Shown piece after piece: positions 33,969 through 45,451 of a stretch of 64,000 nt of DNA (the first letter of the stretch is position 1; each line of letters starts with the position of its first letter). The position numbers were made by a program, and so were the translations under genes. The DNA lies in the NCBI GenBank assembly GCA_963721665.1, contig CAVRJZ010000012.1, positions 39,157 through 103,156 on the forward strand, written 5' to 3'. Below the pieces are notes generated by a model, which worked only from the letters and a program-made list of their open reading frames with translations, was not told the origin of the DNA and ran no database searches. This DNA comes from an uncultured Alphaproteobacteria bacterium. GTDB lineage: Bacteria > Pseudomonadota > Alphaproteobacteria > Rhizobiales > Xanthobacteraceae.

Positions 33969-34513
33969 TGCCCCTCGAACGAGATCAGAGTACGCACCGG
34001 CACGTCGAGCCTGCGCAGGCGCGCGGCGCCGCCGAGATCTGGCAGATCGATGACAAAACAAGCGGCCAGCACATTGGCGCCGAGCTGGCGTAAGAGCTTC
34101 ACCGCCGCTTCCGCGGTGCCGCCGGTGGCGATCAGATCGTCCACCAGCACCACGCGCTCGCCGGCGACCAGCGCGTCGGCGTGCATCTCGATGGTGTCCT
34201 CGCCGTATTCCAGCGCATAAGCGACGCTCACGCGTTTATGGGGAAGTTTGCCCTTCTTGCGGATCGGCACGAAGCCGGCCGACACCTGGTGCGCCACCGC
34301 GCCGCCTAGGATGAAACCGCGCGCTTCGATGCCGGCAACCTTGTCGATCTTCATCCCGGCCCAGGGCTGCACTAGTTCGTCGATGGCGCGGCGGAACGCG
34401 CGCGCGTCGCCGAGCAGCGTGGTGATGTCGCGGAATATGATCCCGGCTTTTGGATAGTCGGGGATCGAGCGGACTGAATCGCGCAGCTCGTTGTCGGGGC
34501 TGGAAGTGACCAT
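33965..34513 (-). CDS. apt: adenine phosphoribosyltransferase
   Basis: [37 protein letters not shown]. Confidence 0.97.
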   Translation of the reverse strand: MVTSSPDNELRDSVRSIPDYPKAGIIFRDITTLLGDARAFRRAIDELVQPWAGMKIDKVAGIEARGFILGGAVAHQVSAGFVPIRKKGKLPHKRVSVAYALEYGEDTIEMHADALVAGERVVLVDDLIATGGTAEAAVKLLRQLGANVLAACFVIDLPDLGGAARLRRLDVPVRTLISFEGH

Positions 34514-34529
34514 AATTTATCTTCCTTGA

Positions 34530-34913
34530 TCAGCCCGGCAGCCAGCGCCGCGGCGTCTCGCGCTTGTCGTCATATGCCGCCTCGAACACCGGCGCGGCAA
34601 GCGTCGATGCTATGTGCAATATAGTCGTGCCGGTATTGAAAAATCCATGCTTGCGGCCGGCCGGAACGACCGCCAATTGCCCGGCAGTCAGCGTGACATG
34701 CTCGCTATCGAGCCAAACGTCCGCCTGTCCTTCGATAACGTGCAACACCTCTTCGACGGCGTGCAAATGGGTGGGCGCGCCGTGCCTGGGATCGCACCAT
34801 TGCTCGAACATGCAAAGCTGCGTCGCGCCATTGGCAGCCGACACCTTCATTCGTGTCATGACGCCCGGCCGCCATTCGTCGCGCGGTTGCCGGTTCACAT
34901 CGACTATACGCAT
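34530..34913 (-). CDS. cupin domain protein
   Basis: GAPTHLHAVEEVLHVIEG...VVPAGRKHGF cupin motifs. Confidence 0.85.
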   Translation of the reverse strand: MRIVDVNRQPRDEWRPGVMTRMKVSAANGATQLCMFEQWCDPRHGAPTHLHAVEEVLHVIEGQADVWLDSEHVTLTAGQLAVVPAGRKHGFFNTGTTILHIASTLAAPVFEAAYDDKRETPRRWLPG

Positions 34914-34939
34914 GGGACCTCCAAAGTCTGCGGCGACGC

Positions 34940-35815
34940 TCAGCCGCGAAGCACCCGGCCCGCCACCGCGTCGAGCTTTTTGATCAGTTCCGGGTCGCGC
35001 GCCTCCGGCGCCGTGATCAGCGCCGAGTCGAGCGCGCGGTCGGAGCCGATGGGACACGGCTCGTGCGCGCGCGGAAAATCGCGCGCCAGCCGTGCCACCA
35101 GGTTCTTGGCGCGCTCGGCATTCTCCAAGAGCACCTTGATGATGTCGGCCACGGTGACCGCGTCGTGGTCGGGGTGCCAGCAGTCGAAATCGGTCACCAT
35201 GGCGACCGTCGCGTAGCAAATCTCCGCTTCACGGGCGAGCTTGGCCTCCGGCATGTTGGTCATGCCGATCACCGAATAGCCGAGCGCCTTGTAGGTCAGG
35301 CTCTCGGCGTAGGTGGAAAATTGCGGGCCTTCCATGCAGACGTAAGTGCCGCCGAATTTCGGCTCGATGCCTTCCAGCAAGGCCGCCTCGCCGATGCGCG
35401 CGCGCAGGCGTGGGCTGACCGGGTGCGCCATCGACACATGCGCCACCAGCCCTTTGCCAAAGAACGAACTCTCGCGCTTGTAGGTGCGGTCGACGAATTG
35501 ATCGACCAGCACGAAGGTGCCCGGCGGCAATTCCTCCTTGAACGAGCCACAGGCCGACAGCGACACCAGATCGGTGACGCCGGCACGCTTGAGCACGTCG
35601 ATATTGGCGCGGTAGTTGATGTCGGAGGGCGACAGGCGATGGCCCTTGTCGTGGCGCGACAGAAACACCACCGGCAGGCCGCCGATTTCGCCGAGGCGCA
35701 GCGCGCCCGACGGCTCGCCCCAGGGTGAGGGGATGCGCTGCTCGCGCACGTTCTCAAGGCCCGGCAGATCGTAGATGCCGGAGCCGCCAATGATGCCTAA
35801 AACCGCTTTGGTCAT
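34940..35815 (-). CDS. mtnP: S-methyl-5'-thioadenosine phosphorylase
   Basis: LGIIGGSG, INYRANI, MEGPQFST.AES, IGMTNMPEAKLAREAEICY, VTDFDCW. Confidence 0.95.
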   Translation of the reverse strand: MTKAVLGIIGGSGIYDLPGLENVREQRIPSPWGEPSGALRLGEIGGLPVVFLSRHDKGHRLSPSDINYRANIDVLKRAGVTDLVSLSACGSFKEELPPGTFVLVDQFVDRTYKRESSFFGKGLVAHVSMAHPVSPRLRARIGEAALLEGIEPKFGGTYVCMEGPQFSTYAESLTYKALGYSVIGMTNMPEAKLAREAEICYATVAMVTDFDCWHPDHDAVTVADIIKVLLENAERAKNLVARLARDFPRAHEPCPIGSDRALDSALITAPEARDPELIKKLDAVAGRVLRG

Positions 35816-35827
35816 GGCAAACACTCC

Positions 35828-35949
35828 GTCATGGCCGCGCATAGCCGTTCGAAGAACGGCGTCACTTCGCTCGCCTATGTCCCGGCCATCCACGCCTTGG
35901 CCGCCTTAGCTTTAAAGACGTGGATGCCCGGCACAAGGCCGGGCATGAC
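35828..35949. repeat. REP-like palindromic element (GTCATGGCCG...TCCCGGCCATCCACG...CGTGGATGCCCGGCACAAGGCCGGGCATGAC family)
   Basis: Terminal IR GTCATG/CATGAC, inner ATCCACG/CGTGGAT IR, extra nested hairpin GCCGTTC-GAA-GAACGGC. Confidence 0.85.
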
Positions 35950-35973
35950 AATTTCTACGCAGGCGGGACGACG

Positions 35974-36809
35974 TTAATGCACCGCCGACCACACCTTCTT
36001 CTTGGTGAAGTACAGAAGGCCGGCGAACACGAACAGGAAGATCATCACCTGGAAGCCGATGCGCTTGCGCGCGTCGAGATGCGGCTCGGCCACCCACATC
36101 AGGAAGGCGGCAACGTCCTTGGAATATTGCGCCACGGTCTCCGGCGAGCCGTCGTCATATTTCACCTGCCCGTCCTGCAGCGGCGGCGGCATGGCGATGT
36201 TGTGGCCGGGGAAATATTCGTTGTAGTGCCCGGTCGGCGGCAATTTGAAGTCCTTGGGCGGCGGATCCTTGAAGCCGCTGACGATGGCCGCGATGTAGTC
36301 GGCGCCCTGCTCCTGATATTGCGTGATGGCGTCGAAGATGAACCAGGGGAAGCCGCGCTGGTAGCCGCGCGCCTTGGCGAGCGTCGACATGTCGGGCGGG
36401 CGCGACGCCATTCGCCGCCTTGGCGGCGAGTTCGTTGGCGAACGGCGCCGGGAAATGGTCGGCCGGCCGGCCGGCGCGCTCGATCTGGTTGCCCTGGTCG
36501 TCGAGGTCCTTGATCTTGTATTCGGCGGCGACCGCCTCGACCTGCGCCTCGCTGAAGCCGGGACCGCCGGGTTCGGCCAGATTGCGGAAGGCGACCAGGT
36601 CCATGCGAATGGCAGTTGGAGCAGACCTCGCGGTAGATCTTGAAGCCGCGCTGCAGCTGCGCCTCGTCGTATTTGCCGAACGGGCCGGCAAACGACCATT
36701 TGAGCCGCGGCGGCGGCACTTGCTCGATCACCTGCGCGGACGCCGGCCACGCCATCGCGGTGAGCGAAGCGGCGAGGACAAAAGCGAAGATCGAATGCTT
36801 AATTCTCAT
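35974..36809 (-). CDS. petC: cytochrome c1, frameshifted
   Basis: [17 protein letters not shown] (CxxCH), [16 protein letters not shown]-terminal TM. Confidence 0.95.
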
Positions 36810-36822
36810 GGGGCTGCCCCGC

Positions 36823-38056
36823 TCACGCCTTGGCGCCCAAAACCGATTCCGAAATCGAATTCGGCAGCGGCTTGGTCTTCTCGAAAATGCCGAGCAACGG
36901 CAGGACGATCAGGAAGAAGGCGAAGTAGTAGAACGGTGAACACGCGCGCCAGGATGACGTAGATGCCCTCCGGCGGCTTGGAGCCGAGCCAGCCCAAGCC
37001 CACCGCCGCGATCACGAACAGCCAGAAGAACTGCTCGATAGAGCGGCCGGTAGCGCGCCGAGCGCACCTTCGACGTGTCGAGCCAGGGCAGGAAGGCGAG
37101 GATCACGATCGAGGAGAACAGCGCGATGACGCCGAGCAGCTTGTTCGGGATCGAACGCAGGATGGCGTAGAACGGCAGGTAGTACCATTCCGGCACGATC
37201 TCCGACGGCGTCACCGCCGGGTTGGCCGGGATGTAGTTGTCGGGATGGCCGAGATAGTTCGGGATGTAGAACACGAACCAGGCGAACAGGATGCAGAAAC
37301 ACGGCGATGAAGAAGCCGTCCTTCACCGTCGCATAGGGCGTGAACGGCACTGTGTCCTTGTCCGACTTCGGCTCGATGCCGGCCGGATTGTTCTGACCGG
37401 TTACGTGCAGCGCCCAGACGTGCAGCACCACCACGCCGGCGATGACGAACGGCAGCAGGTAGTGCAGCGAGTAGAAGCGGTTGAGCGTCGGATTGCCGAC
37501 CGCGAAGCCGCCCCACAGCCAGGTGACGATGGCGTCGCCGACGCCGGGGATGGCGGAGAACAGGTTGGTGATCACGGTCGCCGCCCAGAAGCTCATCTGG
37601 CCCCAGACCAGCACGTAGCCCATGAAGCCGGTCGCCATCATCAAGCAGGTAGATGATGACGCCGAGGATCCACAGGACCTCGCGCGGCTCCTTGTAGGAG
37701 CCGTAATACATGCCGCGGAACATGTGGATGTAGACGGCGAAGAAGAACATCGCGGCGCCGTTGGCGTGCAGGTAGCGCAACAGCCAGCCGTAAGTTGACG
37801 TCGCGCATGATCGCCTTCGACCGACTTGAAGGCGAGATCGACATGCGGGGTGTAATGCATCGCCAGGACGATGCCGGTGATGATCTGCACGCCGAGCATG
37901 AAGGAGAGGATGCCGCCGAAGGTCCACCAGTAGTTCAGGTTGCGCGGCGTCGGATAGGCGATGAAGGAGGAATAAATCAGGCCGCCGATCGGCAGCCGCT
38001 TCTCGAGCCATTGCATGACGGGTTGCTGTCGGCTGGTAGGTCGAGTGTCCGCTCAT
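36823..38056 (-). CDS. petB: cytochrome b, frameshifted
   Basis: [41 protein letters not shown] motif. Confidence 0.96.
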
Positions 38057-38084
38057 GATCAAACCTTCGGAAAATCTTCAATCA

Positions 38085-38635
38085 TCAAGCGGGCGTGGCG
38101 GACGCCTCGCCGATCCGGATCTTGGTGTCGGAGAGAAATGCATAAGGCGGCAGGTACAGATTCTTCGGCGCCGGGCCTTTGCCGGATGCGGCCAGCACTG
38201 TCGTATTGCGAGCCGTGGCAGGGGCAGAACCAGCCGTCATAGTCGCCCTCGTGCGGCGAGCGGGATGCAGCCGAGATGGGTGCAGATGCCGATCACGACC
38301 AGCCACTGTTCGTGGCCCTTCTTGACGCGCTCGGAATCGGGCGCCGGGTCGGGAAGGCTCGCGACATTCACATTCTGCGCCAGCTCGATGTCGTGCTTGG
38401 TGCGATGGAAGATGAAGATCGGCTTGGAGCGCCAGAACACCTTGACGATCTGCCCGTCGGCGATCGGCGCCAGATCGATTTCCACCGGTGCGCCCGCGGC
38501 AATCGTCGAGGCGTCAGGATTCATCTGCGCGACCAGCGGCACCAAGACCGCGGCGGCGCCCACCGCGCCGACGGCGCCGGTGGCGATATAGAGAAAGTCG
38601 CGGCGCGTGTGCTCCGCAGAAGACACGGTCGTCAC
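38085..38635 (-). CDS. petA: ubiquinol-cytochrome c reductase Rieske iron-sulfur subunit, frameshifted
   Basis: Tat TRRDFL leader, CTHLGC, FCPCHGS, GPAPKNL; 3' end uncertain. Confidence 0.95.
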
Positions 38636-38881
38636 GTCTAGAGCCCTCTCCCCCGGCTGGCTTAATCATCCGCCCGCGGCTTTGAGCCGAGGAGCAAGTC
38701 CCACGGCGGCGGGGCGGACCGGCTGCGGCAGCCCTGGGAACAGACAGGACGGCGCTGCGGTGCGTTTTATTGGCACCCTTGCGGTAATAGCGCAAGCCCG
38801 CTATCCGGCGAGTGCCCATAAGTCGCATAAACCGTTCGTCTAGAGCGACTTATCCCCGGAACAATCGGACATTCGGCCGCC

Positions 38882-39344
38882 ATGCGGATCGCCCTTTACG
38901 AGCCGGATATTCCCCAGAATACCGGGACGATTCTGCGGCTCTGCGCCTGCCTGGCGCTGGAGGCGCATATCATCGAGCCGGCCGGCTTCCCGGTGACCGA
39001 CCGCGCCTTCCGCCGCGCCGGCATGGACTATCTCGACCGGGTCGCCATCACCCGCCACGGCTCGTTTGCCGCCTTCGAGGGCTGGCGGCGAGCCGAACGG
39101 CTCAAATTGGTGCTGCTGACCACCGCCGCCGAGACCTGTTATCTCGACCACGCCTATGGCGAACGACCAAGTGCTGCTGTTCGGACGCGAAAGCGCCGGC
39201 GTTCCGGCTGCCGTCCACGCCGCCGCCGACGTCCGCCTGCGCATCCCGATCGCCGAGGGCCTGCGCTCGCTCAACGTGGCGATGGCGGTGGCTATGGTCG
39301 CCGGCGAAGCGCTGCGGCAGACGGGGGGCCTGCGAATTGGCTAA
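38882..39344 (+). CDS. trmL: tRNA (cytidine(34)-2'-O)-methyltransferase, frameshifted
   Basis: [36 protein letters not shown]. Confidence 0.9.
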
Positions 39345-39356
39345 GCTGGACATCCG

Positions 39357-40260
39357 ATGAGCGCCCTATCCGCTTCCGAAACCCTCGACCGACGCAAAGC
39401 GCGCGCGCGTGCCTGGTTCGAGGCGTTGCGCGACGACATCTGCGGGCGCTCGAAGCGGTCGAGGACGCGCTGCCGGCGGGAGCGCCGCTTGCGCAAACGC
39501 CGGCCGGCCGCTTCGCGCGCACGCCCTGGAGCCGCACCGACCACAGCGGACAGCCGGGCGGCGGCGGAGTCATGTCGCTGATGCGCGGGCGCGTGTTCGA
39601 GAAGGTCGGCGTGCATTGCTCGACCGTGTTCGGCGAATTCGCGCCGGAATTCCGCAAGGAAATTCCCGGCGCCGCCGAGGACCCGCGCTTCTGGGCCTCC
39701 GGCATTTCGCTGATCGCTCATCCGCAAAATCCGCACGTGCCCGCGGTGCATATGAACACGCGCTTCGTCGTGACCTCGAAATCCTGGTTCGGCGGCGGCG
39801 CGGATCTCACGCCGGTGCTCGACAGGCGCCGCACGCAAGACCGACCCCGACACCGTCGCCTTCCACGCGGCGATGCAAGCGGCCTGCGAAGCGCACGTAA
39901 GCGTCGCGCCTTACGAGAAATACAAGAAATGGTGCGACGAGTATTTCTTCCTCAAGCACCGCAACGAAATGCGCGGCATCGGCGGCATTTTCTACGACTA
40001 TCTGGAGACCGACTGGGACTTGACCTTCGCCTTCACGCAGGATGTCGGCCGCGCTTTCTTGAGCGTCTATCCCGTTTTGGTCGCGCAAGAATTTCGCCAA
40101 GCCGTGGAGCGAGGCCGAGCGCGAGGAGCAGCTCGTGCGCCGCGGCCGCTATGTCGAGTTCAACCTGCTCTACGACCGCGGCACCATTTTCGGGCTGCGC
40201 ACCGGCGGCAATGTGGAGTCGATCCTTTCCTCCATGCCGCCCGTGGTGAGGTGGCCGTAG
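39357..40260 (+). CDS. hemF: oxygen-dependent coproporphyrinogen III oxidase, frameshifted
   Basis: [50 protein letters not shown]. Confidence 0.95.
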
Positions 40261-40358
40261 ACCACAATCGCACCTAGCTGCCCGCCCGCGTGTTTTAATT
40301 TATCGGCGTCGATAATGCATGGCGCGTGATGGGTTAGGATTGCCACTTATCGCATAGC

Positions 40359-40383
40359 CCCCGGCCTCGCGCCCGGGGTTTTT
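40359..40383 (+). terminator. probable rho-independent terminator
   Basis: CCCCGG-N8-CCGGGG followed by T5, abutting the cca stop. Confidence 0.65.
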
Positions 40384-41636
40384 CATTTGCGCATCGCGCT
40401 TTGCGCGATCACATCGAGCGTAGCCTTGTCGTCCGGAAACCCCGCCGCGATCCACGCGGTCTCCGCCGTGGCCAGCGCCGCGCCCAGCGCCGGGCCTTTC
40501 TCAACGCCGCGCACGATGAAATCCGCCGCCTTGAGCGGAAACGCCGGCGCGCTCCAGCGCGCGGGCAAAGTCGTCAAGCGCATGCCAGGCTTCGTCGTGC
40601 GCATTCGCCTGCGAACGCGCCCAGCCGAGCAGCGCATGGTCGGTGAAATGCTCCGGCCCCAAGCGGTAGAGCAGCGCGCGCGAGGCCTGCTTCGCTCAAA
40701 ACCGGCGAGATGCGCCGCCAACCTTCAGCAATCGAGACCAGTCGCTCGTGCTCGGCATTCGTGAGCCGCAGTTTCTGCCATAGCCGCTCGGCGTCCTCCG
40801 CCATCATCACGCCAAGCGCGCCGAGCCGGCGCACCGAATCGGGCGCAACGCCGATCGCGGCTTCGACTTTGGTCATGTTGCTCGAAGCTCGCCAGATACG
40901 GCACGCCGCCGAGAAAGCGCAGTCAGCAGCCCGGCATCGGTCATGGCGGTGAGCGTCGGCGCGGCGTGCTGCGCGAGCAGCAGCTTGATCAGCTCCATGC
41001 GCACGCGTTCGCGCGAAAGCTGGTCGAGCCCGTCGCGGCCGGCGATGCAGGCGGCAAGGCCTGCTGCGATCGGGATGGCCGACCGCGTAAGCCGCGTGGA
41101 AACGGAAGAAACGCAGGATGCGCAGATAGTCTTCCGCGATGCGCTTGTTCGCGATCGCCGATGAAGCGCACACGCCGCGCCTCGAGATCGGCGAGGCCGC
41201 CGACATAATCGTAGATCGCGCCGTCGCGGGTAGCGGACAGCGCGTTGATGGTGAAATCGCGCCGCTCGGCGTCAGCCTTCCAGTCGCGGCCGAAGGCAAC
41301 CTTGGCGTGGCGGCCATAGGTCTCCACGTCCTGGCGCAGCGTGGTCACCTCGAACGGATGCTTGTCGATGACCACGGTGACGGTGCCGTGCTCGATGCCG
41401 GTGGGCACCGGCTTGAAGCCTGCCGCGCTCACGCGCTTGATCACTTCGTCCGGCACGGCTGTCGTGGCGACGTCGATTTCCTCGACCGGCAATCCGATCA
41501 GCGCGTTGCGCACCGCGCCGCCGACCGCGCGCGCCTCCTCGCCGTTGCCGTCGAGCACGGCCAGCAGGCGCGGCAGCGCGCCGCCCTTAAGCCAAGCGGC
41601 ATCGGCAAGCGAGCGCGCGGTCGCACCGGCCGTCAC
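40383..41636 (-). CDS. cca: CCA tRNA nucleotidyltransferase, frameshifted
   Basis: VGGAVRNALIG..EIDVAT, TGIEHGTV, EVTTLR.D, DAERRDFTINA, EDYLRILRFFRF. Confidence 0.92.
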
Positions 41637-41896
41637 TTGACCCGCCCCGGCACGAATTTTCCGTTCTCCATATGCGCCGGCACGTAGGTCGCACCCACCG
41701 GCGCGCCGGAGAATTGCGCGAAAAAAATGAAGCTGCCGACCACCAGCAGTAGCGCAGCGATAGCGAGCCAGGCGATGCGCGAGACCGGCCAGGAATCCGG
41801 ATGCATCACGCCGGCCTTGGTCGCCCACAGGAACACGGCGTAGAGCACGAAGGGCGCGAGAAACAGGACGATTTCGGTGAAGCCGATGCGGATCAT
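41633..41896 (-). CDS. DUF6111-like small membrane protein
   Basis: Two TM helices, YVPAHMENGKFVPG C-terminus; translationally coupled in the operon. Confidence 0.8.
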   Translation of the reverse strand: MIRIGFTEIVLFLAPFVLYAVFLWATKAGVMHPDSWPVSRIAWLAIAALLLVVGSFIFFAQFSGAPVGATYVPAHMENGKFVPGRVK

Positions 41897-42549
41897 CGAT
41901 AAATCCGTTCGTGCAGATTGCGCAGGATACCAGCGGTCACGCCCCAGATGTAGCGCTCGCCGAAGGTGATCGCGTAATAATGCCGCGTCATGCCCTGCCA
42001 GTCGCGCGAATGGCGCTGCACGTTGTTCGGGTCCATCACAAAGGCGAGCGGCACCTCGAAACGTCGCGTCCACCTCGTTGCTGTTGAGCGTGAGCGACAA
42101 ATCCCGGCTTGACCCGCGCGATCACCGGCACGATGCGATAGCCGAGCGTGGTCATGTAGAGATCGAGATAGCCGAGCGGCTCGACGAAATCGCCGGCCAA
42201 GGCCGATCTCCTCGTCCGCCTCGCGCAGCGCCGAAGCGAGCGGGGTCGCGTCGCCGGCGTCGATCTTGCCGCCGGGAAACGACACCTGGCCGGCATGGTC
42301 GGGCAGATGCTGCGCGCGCTGGGTCAACAACACAGTCGGCTCGGGATGGTCGACGATCGGCACCAGCACCGCAGCCGGGCGGATCGGCCGCACCGCGGCG
42401 ATCTTGGCCATCACCGGATCGGCGTCGTGGTCGCCGCGCGCCGGCAAAACGTCGGGATCGGTTATGCCCGTCGGAACGTCGAGCGTGAGGCGCGCCCGCG
42501 CGCGCGCGAAAAATTCGTCCGCCGGAAGCGCCGCCCCTGCCCCGTGCAT
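41893..42549 (-). CDS. CoA pyrophosphatase (NudL-type Nudix), frameshifted
   Basis: AAVLVP, LLTQRA.HL..HAGQVSFPGG, ALREADEEIG, IWGVTAGIL. Confidence 0.9.
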   Translation of the reverse strand: MHGAGAALPADEFFARARARLTLDVPTGITDPDVLPARGDHDADPVMAKIAAVRPIRPAAVLVPIVDHPEPTVLLTQRAQHLPDHAGQVSFPGGKIDAGDATPLASALREADEEIGLGRRFRRAARLSRSLHDHARLSHRAGDRAGQAGICRSRSTATRWTRRFEVPLAFVMDPNNVQRHSRDWQGMTRHYYAITFGERYIWGVTAGILRNLHERIYR

Positions 42550-42560
42550 TAGAGGTCAAT

Positions 42561-42678
42561 CCATTTAGATTGAAACAAAGTGCGCTCCTGATACTTTTAT
42601 TTTGCGCATAATATTATCCGAAAACCGGTTCCCATCCCCGATCGGAGTCGAGGACACGCTTTTCGGGATCATGCGCTA
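42561..42678. repeat. Rhizobiales intergenic palindromic repeat (RIME/Bru-RS-like), degenerate
   Basis: Minus strand TAGCGCATGATCCCGAAAAG...GGGAACCGGTTTTCGGATAATATTATGCGCAAAATAAAAG; its TAG is the DUF1285 stop. Confidence 0.7.
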
Positions 42679-43267
42679 GGCGAACTCCCGCAACGCGCTG
42701 GCTTCCGCCATGGCAAGAACTCGCCGCCCGAAGCTCACGCCGAACATTGCCTTGCCGCCGACCGTCGCGTTCCTCGCCGAGTTCGACCAGATCGTAGAAC
42801 AGCGCGCGCGTCACCTTGGCCCACAGGTCGCGGCGCACGTGCAGATAGGGCTTGAGCCCGCCGTTGTCGGCTTGCCGGCTCGAAACGCAGGGCGTGGCCC
42901 GGGCCGGCCGCCACCCAGTCGTCGACATTTGTCCTAAAATTGAGGACTTGCCCCCGTTCGTCGTGCGCGATCTTGAGCTCGACGGCGAGGAACGGCGCAT
43001 CGGCGACGGCGATGCCGACTTTCTCCACAGGGGTAACCAGGAAATATTTGTCGCCCTCGCGCTTGAGCACCGAGGCTGAAAAGCCTGACCAGAGCTGGCC
43101 GGCCAATCGGGGTCTTTTGATAGAACCAGGTGCCGTCGCCGTCGATCTTCATGTCGATATCGCCGCAAAACGGTGGATTCCACAGGTGAACCGGCGGCAA
43201 TCCGCGCTTTTCGCGGGGCAGCGATGCCACAATTCCTTCCAGCCCTGTCCTGCCCTGTCTTCGCCAT
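42676..43267 (-). CDS. DUF1285 domain protein, frameshifted
   Basis: [58 protein letters not shown]. Confidence 0.9.
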
Positions 43268-43470
43268 TGTTGCCCTTCGATATGACGGCCGCCGCTCACC
43301 TGTTCGCAACTTTGTTACCACCGGTTCAGGCGGCGGAAGATAGCGTAAGCTTGCCCGCAGATTGAGGCAGATTCGGCCGGAACGGCGCGGGAAATTCCGC
43401 TCTGGTGCGTTTGTTGCATAGCCTCCCGGTGGGCCCAAAGTCCTACCTTGGGCGGGCGACGAAAGGAACC

Positions 43471-44490
43471 ATGACGATGGCGTCGGCAAGCGGCGAAAGC
43501 CTTGAAAAACTGGAAGATATGATCGTGCGCGCGGCGGAATCGACCGCCGCCCATGTGCGCGCGGCCAAAGCCGCGATCGGCGCGGTGATCTTCGGCCAGG
43601 ATACCGTGGTCGAGCGCGCGCTGATCACCGTTTTGTCCGGCGGCCATGCGCTCTTGGTCGGCGTGCCCGGCCTCGCCAAGACCAAACTGGTCGACACCAT
43701 GGGCACCGTGCTCGGCGCTCGACGCCCGCCGCGTGCAGTTCACCCCCGACCTGATGCCGTCCGACATCCTCGGCACCGAGGTGCTGGAGGAAAGCCCTGG
43801 CGGCAAACGCAGCTTCCGCTTCATTGCCGGACCGGTGTTCGCCCAATTACTGATGGCCGACGAGATCAACCGCGCCTCCCCGCGCACCCAGTCGGCGCTG
43901 CTGCAGGCGATGCAGGAGCAACATGTGACGGTCGCCGGCGCGCGCCACGATCTGCCCAAGCCGTTCCACGTTCTGGCGACGCAGAACCCGCTCGAGCAGG
44001 AAGGCACCTATCCGCTGCCCGAGGCGCAGCTCGACCGCTTCCTGATGGAAGTGGACGTCGACTATCCGGACCTCGACTCCGAACGCAAAATCCTGTTCGA
44101 CACCACCGGCGCCGACGAAACCCGCGCCAAGGCGGCGATGACCGCGGAGGAATCTGATCGCCGCGCAGCGGCTGGTGCGCCGGCTGCCGGTCGGCGAGTC
44201 GGTGGTCGAAGCGATCCTCAAGCTTGTGCGCTCGGCGCGCCCGGGTCCGGAAGGCGGCGACATCGGCCAAGCTGATCTCCTGGGGTCCGGGGCCGCGCGC
44301 GAGCCAAGCGCTGATGCTGGCGGTGCGCGCCCGCGCGCTGCTCGACGGCCGCTTCGCGCCGTCGGTCGACGACGTGCTCGAACTAGCCGAACCCGTGCTC
44401 AAGCACCGCATGGCGCTGACCTTCGCCGCGCGCGCCGAAGGCGAGACCATACCGAACGTGATCGGGCGGCTGAAAACGCGCATCGGATAA
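43471..44490 (+). CDS. MoxR family AAA+ ATPase, frameshifted
   Basis: [61 protein letters not shown]. Confidence 0.95.
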
Positions 44491-44496
44491 CCTCAG

Positions 44497-45451
44497 ATGG
44501 CCGAGCCTAGGCTCAGCGATATCGAGGCGAGCGCAGTACGGCAGGCCAGCGGCAGCGGCCGGCTGCTCGCCGATGCCATGCCGCGGCTCATTCTGGAGGC
44601 GCGCCGCGTCGCCGCCACCGTCATCCACGGACTGCACGGCCGCCGCCGCGCCGGACCGGGCGAGAATTTCTGGCAATACCGCCGCTTCATGTCGGGCGAG
44701 CCGGCCTCCAATGTCGATTGGCGGCGTTCCGCGCGCGACGACCATCTCTACGTGCGCGAGCGCGAATGGGAGGCTTCGCACACCGTATGGATCTGGCCCG
44801 ACCGTTCGCCGTCGATGGCCTTTGCCTCAGCGCTGGTCACCGACAGCAAATTGGAGCGCGCGCTGGTGGTCGCCTTCGCGCTCGCCGAGGTGCTGGTGCA
44901 GGGCGGCGAGCGGGTCGGCATTCCCGGTCTGTTGCGGCCCACCGCCAGCCGCAACGTCATCGACAAGATGGCGCAGGCGATCCTGCACGACCCGACCGAG
45001 CGCGCCAGCCTGCCGCGTGGCCTTTGCGCCCTCGCCGCTCGCCGAAATCGTGCTGCTGTCCGACCTGTGGAGCCCGATCGGCCAAGTGCAGCAGACCATC
45101 GCCCAGCTTTCCGCCACCGGCGCGCACGGCCATGTGGTGCAGGTCGTCGATCCGGCCGAGGAAAGCTTCCCCTATGCCGGCCGCGTCGAATTCATCGAGC
45201 CGGAAGGCGCCGGTTCCGTCACCGCCGGCCGCGCCGAGACCTGGCGCCATGACTACCAGGGTCTGGTGGCGCGTCACCGCACGCAGATCCGCGCCGAGAC
45301 CGACCGGCTGGGTTGGAGCTTCGCCGTGCACCGCACCGATCGGCCGGCGAGCGAATTGCTGCTGGTGCTGCATTCGCGCATGGGCACCCATACGCAGACC
45401 ACCTCGCTCGGCAACCGGCATATGCCGGCAAGCGTTGGGAGAGTGGCGTGA
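44497..45451 (+). CDS. DUF58 domain protein, frameshifted
   Basis: GLHGRRRAGPGENFWQYR, VDWRRSAR, YVREREWE, DRSPSM. Confidence 0.9.
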
